A DNA stretch of 52,373 nt, filler included, from Sphacelaria rigidula (GCA_964200075.2; 3 parts of 3 records of this genome joined end to end with filler, not necessarily neighbours in it), one strand, 5' to 3'; counted from the first letter of the whole stretch, positions 8,968 through 18,266 are shown. Numbers and translations: made by a program. The notes: generated by a model from the letters alone, not told the origin.

Positions 8968-10862
8968 GGTCGATGAACGACTATCAGGGAGAGGATGAAA
9001 ATGCAGCTTCTCATGTCCCAGGGCCCTAGCTGGAGAGATCTCTGGCCTACGTTCGTTGCGTCTCGTAGTCCCCCGGTCAGCATCGTCGTAGGGCTGAGCG
9101 TTGTGCCAATTATTTCTCGATTGAGAGTTGTGCTACGACCGGTTGTACCACTTACAGTAGGTGAAACAGTGGGTGAAACAGTGGGTGAAACAGTAGGTGA
9201 AACAGTGGGTGAAACAGTGGGTGAAACAGTAGGTGAAACAGTAGGTGAAACAGTGGGTGAAACAGTGGGTGAAACAGTGCGGTTTGCTGTAGGGGTTGCG
9301 GTAGCGTATACATTGCCTGGGAAATCACATAGGTTTTGTGGCACGACGTCGGCATCCAAGTCTGTGAGAGGATCAAAACACGAATCTACGACGGTGAGTT
9401 CCAAGCCTTGCCCTATGCCCTGATTGTCTTTGAAGAGTACCGAGGTGGAATCCTCGAATCTGAACTCCGACGACGGATGCATCAATAAGACGTTATCGAC
9501 GAACTGGACACCGTCGGTGCTGTCGATGTCGATGATCGGGGCTTCTTTATGTTCGTCTTCGGAAACGAACTCGTTCGAGAAGAAGTAGTTGTTTGTGGGC
9601 CTCCCCGTCACGAGGTCCTGTGGGACGTCGCTGCCTTCGTACATGTTCACCGTGTAGACGTTCTCAGAGAAACGATTTGACACAAAAACGTTTTCTTGGG
9701 AACCCACCGAGATGCTAGTCCCAAAGAGATTCCTCTGGAAAGTATTGTTCGTCACGGTAGCCCACGAATACTCTAGCAGCGTGATGCCGGCGTCTCTGTT
9801 GTCGTGAACGTAGTTGTTTTGCACCACGGCGAAGTCGCCACCGAGGTGCAAGAATATCCCGACCAGAGAATCGGACACTTCGTTTCCTTGGATCGAAACC
9901 TCGGTGCACCACTTGGAGGCAATAATCCCGTGGTTGTCGTTGTTGTAGACGACGTTGTCGTGGATCGTGAGACCGGTGCTATAGTCGTGAGGATCGAACC
10001 CATACTGAAAGTTATCGTGGACCGTGTTGTTGGACCAGTCTCCCCCACGGTGCCCGTAGGAATACTGACCGTAGTAGTTGTGGTGGATGTCGGAGTCGTA
10101 CATGTTTCCAAACACCCCGACGGCCCCGAAAAGTTCTGGGTTGGTCTTCTCAACACAGAACCCGCGTACTTTCCACGTGAGTCCCCAGCTCTCGGACCCG
10201 TCATACCCAAGATGAGAGATTTCGGAGTTCACGATGTCCATCCTCCCTTCTCCCATGTCGTTCTTGGCGCGCCCTTTGCATGTTTCCTGGCTGTCGGTCA
10301 GGACTTCCGACAGGCAGGAAATGTATGATCGGCCGTCCTCGATGTCTTCATCGTACGATTGTAGCACCGGATCCCACGAGAAGATGCGAGTCGAATCGAT
10401 GTCAAGGGATCCGCCGTGAGCTCTCAGGTTCATAATATTTTCCGGCGAAGAAGCAAGCCTGAACTCATCCGCGTCCCCCTGAACAGAGACTCCTCGGATT
10501 TGCATCGTCACGCCGTCGAGGACGTACAGATCGGAGTTCAGAAGCCACATCCCAGTCGAAGAGTTCGCAAAGTTTCCCATGCTATCGATGGGGTGAAGAG
10601 TCTGGGGATACTTGGGAGATAGGACTTTCCATATTTCACCCACGGTGATGCAAGGTCTCGTGGCGCCGCTGCTGCTAGTAGACTCGAGTTCTCCAAGCTC
10701 GACGTAAATCCTGTACGTCGTTGACGCGTAGCGGATTTGTGGCGCGGAGTTTTGATGTGTGGAACAGGGAGGCTTCGGGTAGACCGTGTTCAACGTCGGT
10801 GTCGTCCGTTTGGAATTCCCAATTGTTGACATCGACAACAAGCCAAACCCAAATTTCCCCAT
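8964..10862 (-). CDS. Mannuronan C5-epimerase-like (AlgG/brown-algal MC5E family) beta-helix protein with (PTVS)n stalk and hydrophobic C-terminus
   Basis: Catalytic motif YGFDPHD, followed by HGIIASKWC. Upstream motifs GRSYISCLSEV and GEGRMDIVNSEISHLGY..SESWGLTWKVRG. Asn-rich parallel beta-helix repeats. Confidence 0.9.
   Translation of the reverse strand: MGKFGFGLLSMSTIGNSKRTTPTLNTVYPKPPCSTHQNSAPQIRYASTTYRIYVELGELESTSSSGATRPCITVGEIWKVLSPKYPQTLHPIDSMGNFANSSTGMWLLNSDLYVLDGVTMQIRGVSVQGDADEFRLASSPENIMNLRAHGGSLDIDSTRIFSWDPVLQSYDEDIEDGRSYISCLSEVLTDSQETCKGRAKNDMGEGRMDIVNSEISHLGYDGSESWGLTWKVRGFCVEKTNPELFGAVGVFGNMYDSDIHHNYYGQYSYGHRGGDWSNNTVHDNFQYGFDPHDYSTGLTIHDNVVYNNDNHGIIASKWCTEVSIQGNEVSDSLVGIFLHLGGDFAVVQNNYVHDNRDAGITLLEYSWATVTNNTFQRNLFGTSISVGSQENVFVSNRFSENVYTVNMYEGSDVPQDLVTGRPTNNYFFSNEFVSEDEHKEAPIIDIDSTDGVQFVDNVLLMHPSSEFRFEDSTSVLFKDNQGIGQGLELTVVDSCFDPLTDLDADVVPQNLCDFPGNVYATATPTANRTVSPTVSPTVSPTVSPTVSPTVSPTVSPTVSPTVSPTVSPTVSGTTGRSTTLNREIIGTTLSPTTMLTGGLRDATNVGQRSLQLGPWDMRSCIFILSLIVVHRP
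9154..9279 (-). repeat. 12-bp coding repeat, ~10.5 copies (Thr-Val-Ser-Pro)
   Basis: ACAGT(A/G)GGTGAA in tandem on the + strand. Confidence 0.95.
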
Positions 10863-11077
10863 GGGAAGTGTTTTCTTAATGGTTTACCTCTCACGAAATA
10901 AAAAAAAATGGGTACCCTAGCCCTACGTAAACCGTTCAAACTTGACGTCTTTCATGAACGTCCACGGTGTTGCAGCCGCCATCGTGAGGAACACCCATGT
11001 CACGTTTAGAAATAGTGGGCAGGAGGGTCGCAGGGTAGCTGCTAAAAAAAATGAAAATTACTTGCCGAAATTACTTG

Positions 11078-12463
11078 CTAAGCTCCTAGTTTTTGCCAGG
11101 TCGTGTGACGCACCAAACGTCCGATGGTGGTCTCATGTTCACCGACCCTTACTATCTTTCTCCTCTGGGCGCGTTCGGCGAGTCCCAGTCGGTATTCCTG
11201 GTTTTCCGCGGCCAAGATGCCGTCTTTGACCGCCTCGGTGTTGTCTCTCATGAAGAGGTCGACCTCGGACCCTTCCCCAAACCTCAAAAGTCTCGTCACC
11301 ATCAACGACACCTGAGAACGGGTGAACTGGCGGCAGTTCAACAAAGGCATTCTCTTCAGCACGTCATAAGCCTTGGAGATGCGGGTCAGCGTGACTTTCT
11401 CGAAAAACTCCTTGTTGTACGCTTTGACCCACCGCTTCCCGTCGAAGTATTTGAAGTACCCGTCTCGTGTGGAAGCCATGACGTTGCTGTTGTGAGGGTT
11501 TTCCAAAATTAATCTCTCGAAATCCTTCAAGAAGTCGTTTTTGCGAATCTCGGGCGCTCGTTCGACGAGCTTTGCCCTGAAAAGCTTGCGTTTCCTCTCG
11601 AGGTTTCCTTCGGAGTCTGAGTCTGGGTCGTAAATCGGGGGTTCTTTGCCGAGGTCTTCTTCGTCATTGTGGTCCGTTTGGAAATCTTCCAGTTCACCCA
11701 GTTCTTCCAGTTCCCCACCAGAGTCCGAGTCCGAGAGATCTCCATACTCCTCGATGGGAATACCGTATCGATCACACATACCGTCATCGAATCGTCGGTC
11801 CCATTTCCGCACCCTGTCGCGGCTGTATCTCCTTAACTTTTTCCACTCCATCGTCATGATCACCCGCTTGGCATTCGCCGTGTAGTTTCTCTCGAAGAAG
11901 TCGACGACATCGTCTTCGGTCTCTACCAGGTTGTCGAAGTCTCTCGCTGTGATGTGCCCGACGTCCTCCTTGCCCAGAGCGTTGATGTGAACAAAAAGTG
12001 GTTTCTGTGTTTGCACAGTCTTGAACTTAGTCTCCTGTTTTCGACGACCACCCCAGGGTCGGAACTGGCCGTGTTCTTGCACAACTTCCCACCCTTCTAC
12101 TTGGAGTAGCTTCAACGATCGAAAACAAATGATTTTCAGCTGTCCCTTGTGTACCCGTAAGTATGGACGACAAATCTTCTCGATTTTGCTGGGTACCGTA
12201 CACGACTCCGTCGGGAGGGTTTGCAGGACGAGGTTAGCTGAAGTCACCCTAATCCACAAGCCGGCGTATCCTATCCGATAGTCCTGCTTCAAAACTTCCA
12301 CCAGCTCCTCAAAGTCCAACAGGGTGCCCGACGGAAAAAGAACCTGGAGCTTGGAAAATGTCTTCATGCTGCTTGGATATATAGTGCTGTGCATGATACC
12401 GGGTTTACTGACCAAAATATGTGGTCGAGATTGGTGTTGAAAGAGCCCTGAGTACAAATTCAC
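11078..12463 (-). CDS. Hypothetical NCLDV-type protein, divergent from the recombinase
   Basis: 461-aa ORF; the true start may be ATG 12367 (MKTFSKL). Segments HINALGKEDVGHI and ENPHNSNV...YFKYFDGKRW recall a common giant-virus hypothetical family (IN.FG.E / NP.N.N / Y.G..W), with an acidic insert between them. The family assignment is from memory and unverified. Confidence 0.75.
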   Translation of the reverse strand: MNLYSGLFQHQSRPHILVSKPGIMHSTIYPSSMKTFSKLQVLFPSGTLLDFEELVEVLKQDYRIGYAGLWIRVTSANLVLQTLPTESCTVPSKIEKICRPYLRVHKGQLKIICFRSLKLLQVEGWEVVQEHGQFRPWGGRRKQETKFKTVQTQKPLFVHINALGKEDVGHITARDFDNLVETEDDVVDFFERNYTANAKRVIMTMEWKKLRRYSRDRVRKWDRRFDDGMCDRYGIPIEEYGDLSDSDSGGELEELGELEDFQTDHNDEEDLGKEPPIYDPDSDSEGNLERKRKLFRAKLVERAPEIRKNDFLKDFERLILENPHNSNVMASTRDGYFKYFDGKRWVKAYNKEFFEKVTLTRISKAYDVLKRMPLLNCRQFTRSQVSLMVTRLLRFGEGSEVDLFMRDNTEAVKDGILAAENQEYRLGLAERAQRRKIVRVGEHETTIGRLVRHTTWQKLGA

Positions 12464-12469
12464 TTCGCC

Positions 12470-14737
12470 ATGTTGACCTCTATCCTCCCCCCGGTGGGAT
12501 TCGTTCCCAAAACGGGAAGGAGGTTAGGAATTTGTCCCAAAAAAGAGGCAAAGGTGAAATTCAAAACCCCCTTCACGTTGGACAATGTCTTCGGACAAGA
12601 CCCCGGAATCGATGACCTGATAACCTTCACCGAGTCTCGAGGTCAGAAATTCAAATTACTCTCGGACGACGAGAAAGACATGTGGCGGGACTCCTGGAGG
12701 GGTAACCGTATACTGTGCGGTTACCTGGTCATGGCTGTGGTATTCCCTGCCTACCTCAAACGCCGAACCAAGCTCAGGGAGGCCGAGACTCACTGGGTGA
12801 CCCTAGACAAAACCACGTCGAAAGGGATCTCGAGGCTGGCACAGCGAAAGAACTGCCTGAAAATCATTGACTACATGAAGGCGTCGAGCTGCTTTCGCGG
12901 ACCCTCGGACTTAATCCACCCCAATGTCCTGGCCAGAGACTTCCTCGGGCTCAGCAGCAACGACGAGGGCGTGCAGTTCTTTAAGCAGAGGGATTTTGCC
13001 AGGGACTCTTCCAAGAACTCATCCGCACACGCCTCCTGCGCGGCAATCCTTTCCCACTTGTGGTTCGTCACGACCGTACTCGGGAGGCCCTGCTCTCTGG
13101 ATTCCGTCGTCATCCCCATCCGTGGCGAAGAAATGTCCAGGCTCCAAGACCTTGGAATCTGCGGCAAAGCATCAGCATTCCCAGTCGACTGGAAGGAAGA
13201 CGTATTCCCGAAACTCACGGGGTATTCGCATGAGAAGATTTCCGGCCTGTTCTTGGAACGCCTCACGTCCGACTCCTACGTCGATGTCTACCCTTGCGAC
13301 GCCTTCCTCATGTACAAAGCCATGGTAAAGGGAGACTCAGGCTTAGTCAACCCCGGAGCCAAGTCGTCGGCTCACAACCTGGCCGTCGTGCCTTGCTTCG
13401 ACACATTGCTGTCCAAAACGAATACCTGTGATCTCGACGCCCTCGACGTCAGTGCGATTGCTTTGGAGTTCGGAAAGGAAGCCGCCCGTCGTGTGCACGC
13501 AACGGAGTCCGTCGGAGTCTTCGCAGCATCCATGGGACGCAAGATGAACGAGGCCATCAAACGCTTCGCGGAAGAGAATATCTTGATCCGAAGAGCCGTG
13601 AACAACCGCCTAAAGGTCGTACAGTGCCAGGATCCTGGAGGCATCAAGAAGAAGCTGTCCGGTGGCCGTCTCCTTGACCCTCGGATCAGCCACAACGTCG
13701 AAGCCGTCAAGGACATGATTCACAACATCGCGGCGAATACGTGGTCGCCCATGAAGCGAATCATGTTCAAGCTCTCGGAAGACCTGAACCCCGACATGGA
13801 TGACGAAGAATTGTGCAAGGTCTTTCTCAAGACCGGCTTGAACGAGGACGAAAGAACTCTCTTTCAGAAGAGGGCCAAGAATCTAGGAGTCTCTATGATA
13901 GACGTGTCCAACGTGTGCTTCCTGCTGTGCCTCACGATGTCCTTCCAGAGGTCGCAGGTCTTGCGAGATTCTCTCGTGAGGGAGTACATTCCCACCAGAG
14001 AATCCGTGGGGTACACCTTGTCTCTGGAGAGGGAGGTGAAAACCACGGGGGCCGACGCGAACGGTTACACTCAGGTGAGGGAGTTCGAGCTTACGCCTTC
14101 CCAGTCATTGATGATCCACTTCATCAAGCTTGTCGGGAACCGGAGCGGAGAGCAGACCCTTCTCGTGAATGAAAGAGGAAGCCCCATGACCCAGAACAAC
14201 CTAGGCGCCAGGTACAGGGCCGTTGGGCAAGCCTACCTGGGGATCTCCAATCTGAGTCCGCACGCGATGAGGACTTTCTTCTCGTCGTACGCCATTGACT
14301 CAGGTAAAGTCGACCAAAAAGATCTTTCCGAGCTGGGAGCCTTCCTTCAAGTGAGTGCCAAGACGCTTTCATCGGCATACGTGGCTTCATCAACGAAAAC
14401 CGCGTCCCACAGGATTGGAAAGAGAGCGCTGGGCGACGTCATGTCTGGGGCTTCCGGGAAGAGGAAGATGACAAGGCTGGAGAATGCTACAGCTTTCGAC
14501 ATGGACTCAAGACCAAGTGGAAAAAAACTAGGTCAAGCTCGTGATGTCTACAGGGACGACATCCTCAAGTCTGTCAAGCGGTACAAAGACGCAAATGAGT
14601 GCTTCAAGACTCTCGTAGACCAGCGGAGGAACGGGTATCTTCAGAGCAAGGACGAATGGTTTCAGTTTACCAAGACCTTTTTCAGCGACGAAGATAGCAA
14701 ATTCTTCGTCAGATATGTTCAGAGCAGGTCACGTTGA
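12470..14737 (+). CDS. Large tyrosine recombinase/integrase (755 aa, catalytic domain C-terminal)
   Basis: Catalytic-type residues in the expected order: R in FQRSQVL (13949), K in EVKTT (~14040), HxxR in SPHAMRTFF (14261), Y in LSSAYV (14378). LLVNERGSPM resembles the LF...G.P patch. Start context is GCCATG. Confidence 0.85.
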   Translation: MLTSILPPVGFVPKTGRRLGICPKKEAKVKFKTPFTLDNVFGQDPGIDDLITFTESRGQKFKLLSDDEKDMWRDSWRGNRILCGYLVMAVVFPAYLKRRTKLREAETHWVTLDKTTSKGISRLAQRKNCLKIIDYMKASSCFRGPSDLIHPNVLARDFLGLSSNDEGVQFFKQRDFARDSSKNSSAHASCAAILSHLWFVTTVLGRPCSLDSVVIPIRGEEMSRLQDLGICGKASAFPVDWKEDVFPKLTGYSHEKISGLFLERLTSDSYVDVYPCDAFLMYKAMVKGDSGLVNPGAKSSAHNLAVVPCFDTLLSKTNTCDLDALDVSAIALEFGKEAARRVHATESVGVFAASMGRKMNEAIKRFAEENILIRRAVNNRLKVVQCQDPGGIKKKLSGGRLLDPRISHNVEAVKDMIHNIAANTWSPMKRIMFKLSEDLNPDMDDEELCKVFLKTGLNEDERTLFQKRAKNLGVSMIDVSNVCFLLCLTMSFQRSQVLRDSLVREYIPTRESVGYTLSLEREVKTTGADANGYTQVREFELTPSQSLMIHFIKLVGNRSGEQTLLVNERGSPMTQNNLGARYRAVGQAYLGISNLSPHAMRTFFSSYAIDSGKVDQKDLSELGAFLQVSAKTLSSAYVASSTKTASHRIGKRALGDVMSGASGKRKMTRLENATAFDMDSRPSGKKLGQARDVYRDDILKSVKRYKDANECFKTLVDQRRNGYLQSKDEWFQFTKTFFSDEDSKFFVRYVQSRSR

Positions 14738-14743
14738 AGGTTC

Positions 14744-14840
14744 GAGAGGGTCGGATGGACTTTTTTTGGGGTCAGAATAATGCTCGCTGAAAGGGTCGGG
14801 GATCCAAACGAAAGGGTCGGAATTCAACGTAAGGTCGAAT
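14744..14840 (+). repeat. Five short direct repeats (consensus AGGGTCGG) directly downstream of the recombinase
   Basis: AGGGTCGG at 14747, 14792 and 14813, GGGGTCAG at 14768, AAGGTCGA at 14831. Confidence 0.6.
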
Positions 14841-15115
14841 GCCACAGCAAAATAAATTTGTCCCCCACCAATTCACTTTCTTCTCTTCCAATATCCGGCA
14901 ATCAACCATCTCAAGATGCCACAACAAGATTCTGCCAACAACGAACTACCCCAGAGCATCCTTATTCTTCTCCCTGGTCTACCGGAGATCTCCATATCTA
15001 CCGTGGAATTCGTAATGAATCACCCTGGTGCCGTCCAGGGCACGGTGGTAAGCTTTGAGCCGTGGGACCCTATGGGAATCCTTTGAAATGAAGGAGATTG
15101 TGTCTTGTCCAAGCC

Positions 15116-16765
15116 ATGTCGGGAAACCCTATATTGTGGAATCTTTTAACTTCTGGAGCTCGGAGTGCGATAAGGATTCTTGACGAACATTTAATGTTGG
15201 GTGAGAGACAGGATTGTTGGAGCACAATGTCGCACGAATTGTCGAATGGGCGTAGGCTGTTTCTTGGCGACTTGGACGCGTCTTCGAGCACCATTGACCT
15301 CAGCAGCGTTCCAGACGGTGTGTGGGAACTCCTCATAGAGACGGCGGAGACTGCGGGGGAGTTTGAGAAGTCCACTACTCAAGGGAAATACTCGATTCTG
15401 AACGTTCCCTTCAATCTTACGCTGCTTGACGTCGGCCCCACGCTGAGCAGCAACTTGACCGAACCTTTCCACTTGCCCTTGACGCTGATATCGTACCGAG
15501 GGCCGGTTCTCAGCGGCATGATGCTGCCTCCTCATGTCAAGAACTTGGTCTTGATCGAAAGCACGAAGTCCCTCCAGACCTCTGACGTGGTTCTCCCCCC
15601 TGGTCTTTCGAGACTTGTGGTGCAGAATCCTCTCAAGTTCTCGAAGCTGGATTCAACTTCACTGTCAAGAACGCTCGAATACTTCCAGATCGTTGGCAAG
15701 TACAACTGCAGCCTCGAAAAGATGTCTTTTCCTCCGACCTCGAAGCAGATCGACGTCGGGCTGTCGACCCAGCCCCTTGATCTGCTAGCGACAAAAGCGC
15801 AGATCGTGTCTTCTCTTGAAGAATCAGAAACCTTCAATACCAGTCTCAAGTCCACCCTGACGATAGATATGTCGAAGGCCGAATCAAGTCAAACTCTCAA
15901 ACACCTTCGGCAAGCTCTTCCGCGCCTCGACGAGATGCACGTACTCCTCGATGACAACACTTCCCTCGGAGACGTCTGGACGGACGTCCTGTTCGAGGGC
16001 AGAGTACAAGTGAGGCAGCTGACGATCACGAATCAAAACTCACAAAACTCCTGCATGGGAGACTGTGGAGAAGTGTTCCACAGATCGAGCCACCTTAAGA
16101 GGAAACTGTGCAGGAAATTGGTCATCGTGTCGGAAAAGTACAAGCACGCCGCCCACCTGAACCTTGCCTCGTCTCTGAGGAATGTCGGAGGGATTTCGTT
16201 AGAGATCTCGTACGACAAATCGTCGGAGAATGCCGAGGGCCCTTCGGAGTGTCTTCTGCCGAGGTTCGCCGCGGTCCTAGGGTTGAAAAAAGGCCTCGGC
16301 GACAACAAGTCCAAGTACATTTCGGATTCTTTCGGGGCGATACCGACATCAGTCCATCTTTCTAGCGCTGGTGGACTGATCATTGTTGTCGGCGACTCTC
16401 CCGTAAGATACGAACCCCCAAGGCTAACGCAACCTCTGGTGGTACCTGTTTTCTCGAGCGCTCTACAAGAAGCACCAGACTCGTCAAAGCCAAGAGACAA
16501 GCCGCTCGTCCTCTACACGTGGAAATCCTGCGGCTTCTGCCAGAAACAGAATGCTGTAATCGCGGAATTCACAAATCTCAACAACGACAACAAAAACATG
16601 TTCTTCGACAAGGTCAAGGTCGTAGAGTTGGAAAACCCCCAAGACGTCCCGGACAAGAGAGTGAACTCCTTCCCGACGTGGGTGAAGAACGATACTCTGA
16701 TAGTCGGAGTTCAAACCGCCGAAAAACTCAAGGTACTATTGGAAGATGTCGCTGATGTCGTGTAA
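15116..16765 (+). CDS. Protein with degenerate LRR/FNIP-like N-terminal region and C-terminal thioredoxin/glutaredoxin-fold domain
   Basis: LVLYTWKSCGFCQKQ (CxxC) and the cis-Pro-type motif VNSFPTW. LPPHVKNLVL, LPPGLSRLVV and FPPTSKQID resemble leucine-rich repeats. The 5' end is uncertain; the first in-frame ATG is at 15116. Confidence 0.8.
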   Translation: MSGNPILWNLLTSGARSAIRILDEHLMLGERQDCWSTMSHELSNGRRLFLGDLDASSSTIDLSSVPDGVWELLIETAETAGEFEKSTTQGKYSILNVPFNLTLLDVGPTLSSNLTEPFHLPLTLISYRGPVLSGMMLPPHVKNLVLIESTKSLQTSDVVLPPGLSRLVVQNPLKFSKLDSTSLSRTLEYFQIVGKYNCSLEKMSFPPTSKQIDVGLSTQPLDLLATKAQIVSSLEESETFNTSLKSTLTIDMSKAESSQTLKHLRQALPRLDEMHVLLDDNTSLGDVWTDVLFEGRVQVRQLTITNQNSQNSCMGDCGEVFHRSSHLKRKLCRKLVIVSEKYKHAAHLNLASSLRNVGGISLEISYDKSSENAEGPSECLLPRFAAVLGLKKGLGDNKSKYISDSFGAIPTSVHLSSAGGLIIVVGDSPVRYEPPRLTQPLVVPVFSSALQEAPDSSKPRDKPLVLYTWKSCGFCQKQNAVIAEFTNLNNDNKNMFFDKVKVVELENPQDVPDKRVNSFPTWVKNDTLIVGVQTAEKLKVLLEDVADVV

Positions 16766-16799
16766 ACAGAAGTCTAAATTTTTAACATCAAAAAGGCGA

Positions 16800-17080
16800 A
16801 ACCCTTCAGCAACGACATCTATGTCAAGTGTATATCAGAATAACCCTTTAGTAACGATATCTATGTCAAGTGTATGTCAGATAAACCCTTTTGCAACAAC
16901 ATCTACGTCAAGAACATATCAGAAGAACATTTCAGCGACGACATCTACGTCAAGCGTATATCAGATAAACCCTTCAGCGACGACATCTATGACAGGTGTA
17001 TATCAGATAAACCCTTCAGCGACGACATCTATGACAGGTGTATATCACAATAACCCTTGAGCGACAACATCTGTCACATT
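16800..17080 (+). repeat. 42-bp tandem array, 7 units (AACCCTTCAGCGACGACATCTATGTCAAGTGTATATCAGATA)
   Basis: Units start at 16800, 16842, 16884, 16926, 16968, 17010 and 17052. The reverse complement is homologous to the 1-1190 array. Confidence 0.95.
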
Positions 17081-17140
17081 TTTACACCAAATGAACCGTT
17101 TCACGACGACAATCTGTTGAGTGTCTATGAGAAGAATCTG

Positions 17141-17408
17141 ATTTTGGACACTCGGGAAGCGAACTGGCCTCGTGTGTCCTGATTTCAATCTTAGTAAATA
17201 TTTCGTTTTGGTTTTGGAAACTGGGGAAGCGAACTGGCCTCGTGTATCCTGATTTCACTCTTAGTAAATATTTCGTTTTGGTTTTGAACACTCGGGAAGC
17301 GAACTGGCCTCGTGTGTCCTGATTTCAATCTTAGTAAATATTTCGTTTTGGTTTTGGAAACTGGGGAAGCGAACTGGCCTCGTGTATCCTGATTTCACTC
17401 TTAGTAAA
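17141..17408 (+). repeat. 70-bp tandem repeat with alternating A/B variants, truncated by the contig end
   Basis: GGGAAGCGAACTGGCCTCGTGT at 17154, 17224, 17294 and 17364. Units 1/3 and units 2/4 share diagnostic bases. Confidence 0.95.
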
Positions 17409-17508
17409 NNNNNNNNNNNNNNNNNNNNNNNNNNNNNNNNNNNNNNNNNNNNTTAATTAATTAANNNNNNNNNNNNNNNNNNNNNNNNNNNNNNNNNNNN
17501 NNNNNNNN
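17409..17508. other. Artificial contig-joining linker
   Basis: N44-TTAATTAATTAA-N44, with stops in all six frames. Confidence 0.98.
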
Positions 17509-18266
17509 GAATATTCCCGAGAGGAGCCTTGATAATTTCAAATCACTGGCTTTGCGATAGTCTTTCAGTCAATGTTCACCGATCACCGTACTCTCTTGGC
17601 GTTTCGTTCCTACAGTTTATCAACTACAGTCAGTCAAACCAATTTTTGTTACGCTACAACAGTCCACAACTCAATTGCGTACATATTCAATTAGAAGAAA
17701 ATCTATGTTCCAGCACTCTCGACCTTCGCTCAGTCACAGTCCAAGGTACTGTACCGGTGTACTCACCAAAACAAAATAACCTCATTACTTCACTCCCTCG
17801 GCAGTTTTTCCGGCCACCACTTGACATCATGATCGAAATATATCGCATATCGTTTTTCACTGTTTATGATGCAATCTTCTACAGTTATTTTCGGAATCAT
17901 TCCTGTGCACATGTTTTTCGCTGCAAAGCTCTTGTTGTGATCGGCCTACCTACGCTGTAATATTCTACGTGTCTACGTTGCTGACCCATGTCTCCACTAC
18001 AGTATTCCGTACACTTGTGAAAAACTTAAGTCAACGTTCAACGATCGCTGTACTCTTGCGTGCCTCAGTCAAACAACTCTAGTGGATTCTAACACACTCT
18101 TGCGTGTCCAACTCACAGTCTATAATTTTTCCAATGTGCATACATAAAAGCAAGCAATCAACACTCCGATGCGTTCAACAATCATCCACAGTCAGTATAA
18201 TTTCTTCAATTTTTCCGGTCTACCTACCAAAAACAAAAATCTCAGGCAAGGTCACAATATAAATAC

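Larger units (their letters stand above)
1..17408. mobile_element. Phaeovirus-like (NCLDV) segment: endogenous viral element fragment or virus-related integrative element
   Basis: Dense, apparently intron-free ORFs with abutting or overlapping ends. The gene set (hybrid histidine kinase, FNIP repeats, AlgG-like C5-epimerase, tyrosine recombinase, thioredoxin domain) and the many tandem repeats match what is known for phaeoviruses such as EsV-1. No core NCLDV gene was recognised. Confidence 0.8.

Noticed and set aside
16746-17060. 104-aa ORF with 14-aa repeats
   Set aside because: It arises from the 42-bp array, whose homologue at the other end has a different period and orientation, which favours a DNA-level role. 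Coding cannot be fully excluded.
17409-17508. Virus-host integration junction or a TTAA target site
   Set aside because: It is an artificial linker, repeated identically at 34896-34995.
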